Positions 43,008 through 43,714 of a stretch of 43,714 bases of DNA are shown here, piece by piece. Numbering within the stretch: the stretch's first letter is position 1; each line of letters starts with the position of its first letter. The DNA comes from a virus, in the IMG/VR virus record IMGVR_UViG_3300031920_000119, positions 1 through 43,714 of that record. One strand, 5' to 3'. The notes under the pieces were generated by a model, which was not told the DNA's origin, ran no database searches, and saw nothing but the letters and a program-made list of their open reading frames with translations. The translations under genes and the position numbers were made by a program.

Positions 43008-43714
43008 ATGCAAGCAGATAAACAGTATCATAACGTATCAGGGCGGCTCGTTCAGGGCAACGTATTCGAACCACAGACAACCGACATGAAGGGTCGGCCG
43101 TTAGTCGACAGGAACGGAAATTCAAAAGTACAGTATTTCATCGGGGTAGCCGTTGCAAAGAATGCGCCGGATTTTGCAGTCGCATGGGCCGCTATTAATG
43201 CCGCAGCCGTCGCAGCTTTTCCAGGCGGGCAGTCTCAACAGACAGATTTTGCGTGGAAAGTAATCGACGGTGACGCCCCGCAGCACGCCGGAAAGGTTGG
43301 TTTCCCCGGACATTATATTTTTAGATTCACGTCGGGTTTTCCATGGCAAGCCGTCGCGCAAGGTGCAACCCGTCCGATAGCAAACCCTGAAGAAATCAAA
43401 CGGGGATACTACATTCAGGTGTTTTTCACTATTGCCGGAAACGGTGACGTTACACCCGGTGGTAAACCTGGTGTATATCTGAACGGCAGTGTCGTGGAGT
43501 TAATCGGATACGGTGACGTCATAGCCAGTGGCCCAGACGCCACGGCACTGGTCGCAGCCGTAGCACCAGCCAACGTTGCAGGAATGCAAGTAAACCCCGT
43601 GGCACCTGCTGCGGTCACTCCGGTCGTTGCACCCGCTGCGGTCACTCCGGTCGTTGCACCCGCTGCGGTCACTCCGGTCGTTGCACCCGCTGCGGTCACT
43701 CCGGTCGTTGCACC
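43008..43714 (+). CDS. ssDNA-binding protein, DUF2815 / T7 gp2.5-like (5' part; continues at nt 56..131; 260 aa in total)
   Basis: SD GAGGtataaaaATG. Sits between DUF2800 and PolA, as in the known DUF2800-DUF2815-PolA module. The ORF is open to the window end. Confidence 0.7.
   Translation, partial: MQADKQYHNVSGRLVQGNVFEPQTTDMKGRPLVDRNGNSKVQYFIGVAVAKNAPDFAVAWAAINAAAVAAFPGGQSQQTDFAWKVIDGDAPQHAGKVGFPGHYIFRFTSGFPWQAVAQGATRPIANPEEIKRGYYIQVFFTIAGNGDVTPGGKPGVYLNGSVVELIGYGDVIASGPDATALVAAVAPANVAGMQVNPVAPAAVTPVVAPAAVTPVVAPAAVTPVVAPAAVTPVVA
43602..43714 (+). repeat. 27-bp tandem repeat array (gcaccYgctgcggtcactccggtcgtt, 4 full copies plus a partial one) encoding PAAVTPVVA
   Basis: Copies at 43602, 43629, 43656 and 43683. 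The array is duplicated at window nt 1-55. Confidence 0.95.

Noticed and set aside
1-43714. Search for tRNA or rRNA genes, integrase or excisionase, partition genes, reverse transcriptase (DGR or retron) and DNA-modification genes.
   Set aside because: No cloverleaf-like T-arm motifs or matching protein signatures were recognised by eye. Absence cannot be proven without tRNAscan or HMM searches, so none is reported.

Overview
The window appears to be a complete, circularly closed genome of a tailed dsDNA phage. The first 55 nt are identical to the last 55 nt, so the unique length is about 43,659 bp. About 28 kb on the minus strand (4395..32043) is one late operon. In transcription order it encodes an unknown 504-aa protein, TerS, TerL, portal, a Mu-F-like head morphogenesis protein, a low-GC accessory island, an HK97-type prohead protease and major capsid protein, head-tail connectors, and a Mu-like contractile tail and baseplate (gp38 to gp48 equivalents, tape measure, tail fibre, DUF1353). 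Replication genes sit in two units. On the plus strand are an XRE HTH protein, an A/P/V-repeat protein, a DUF2800 nuclease, a DUF2815-like SSB that wraps the window ends, and a family A DNA polymerase. On the minus strand (34257..40910) are a prim-pol/SF3 helicase, an M15 peptidase, a VRR-NUC nuclease, a pentapeptide-repeat protein and an SF2 helicase. No integrase, tRNA, rRNA or CRISPR array was recognised. The most unusual feature is a 287-codon intein inserted in motif B of the DNA polymerase, whose linker is overprinted in the -1 frame by a 252-codon HNH homing-endonuclease-like ORF. An A_AAA_AAC heptamer lies at the start of that overlap. Other points of interest:
- An AT-rich, promoter-driven cassette of small acidic proteins plus an RHH-like protein.
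- A low-GC island in the head module encoding a LamG lectin with 10 x 22-aa repeats and a secreted FN3-like protein.
- A repeat-dense 0.6-kb control region with iterons and long perfect palindromes.
- A TCCCGCTA motif shared by early promoter regions.
- Tandem coding repeats in the SSB, its neighbour and the pentapeptide protein.
All functional calls come from motif recognition by eye. No database search was run.
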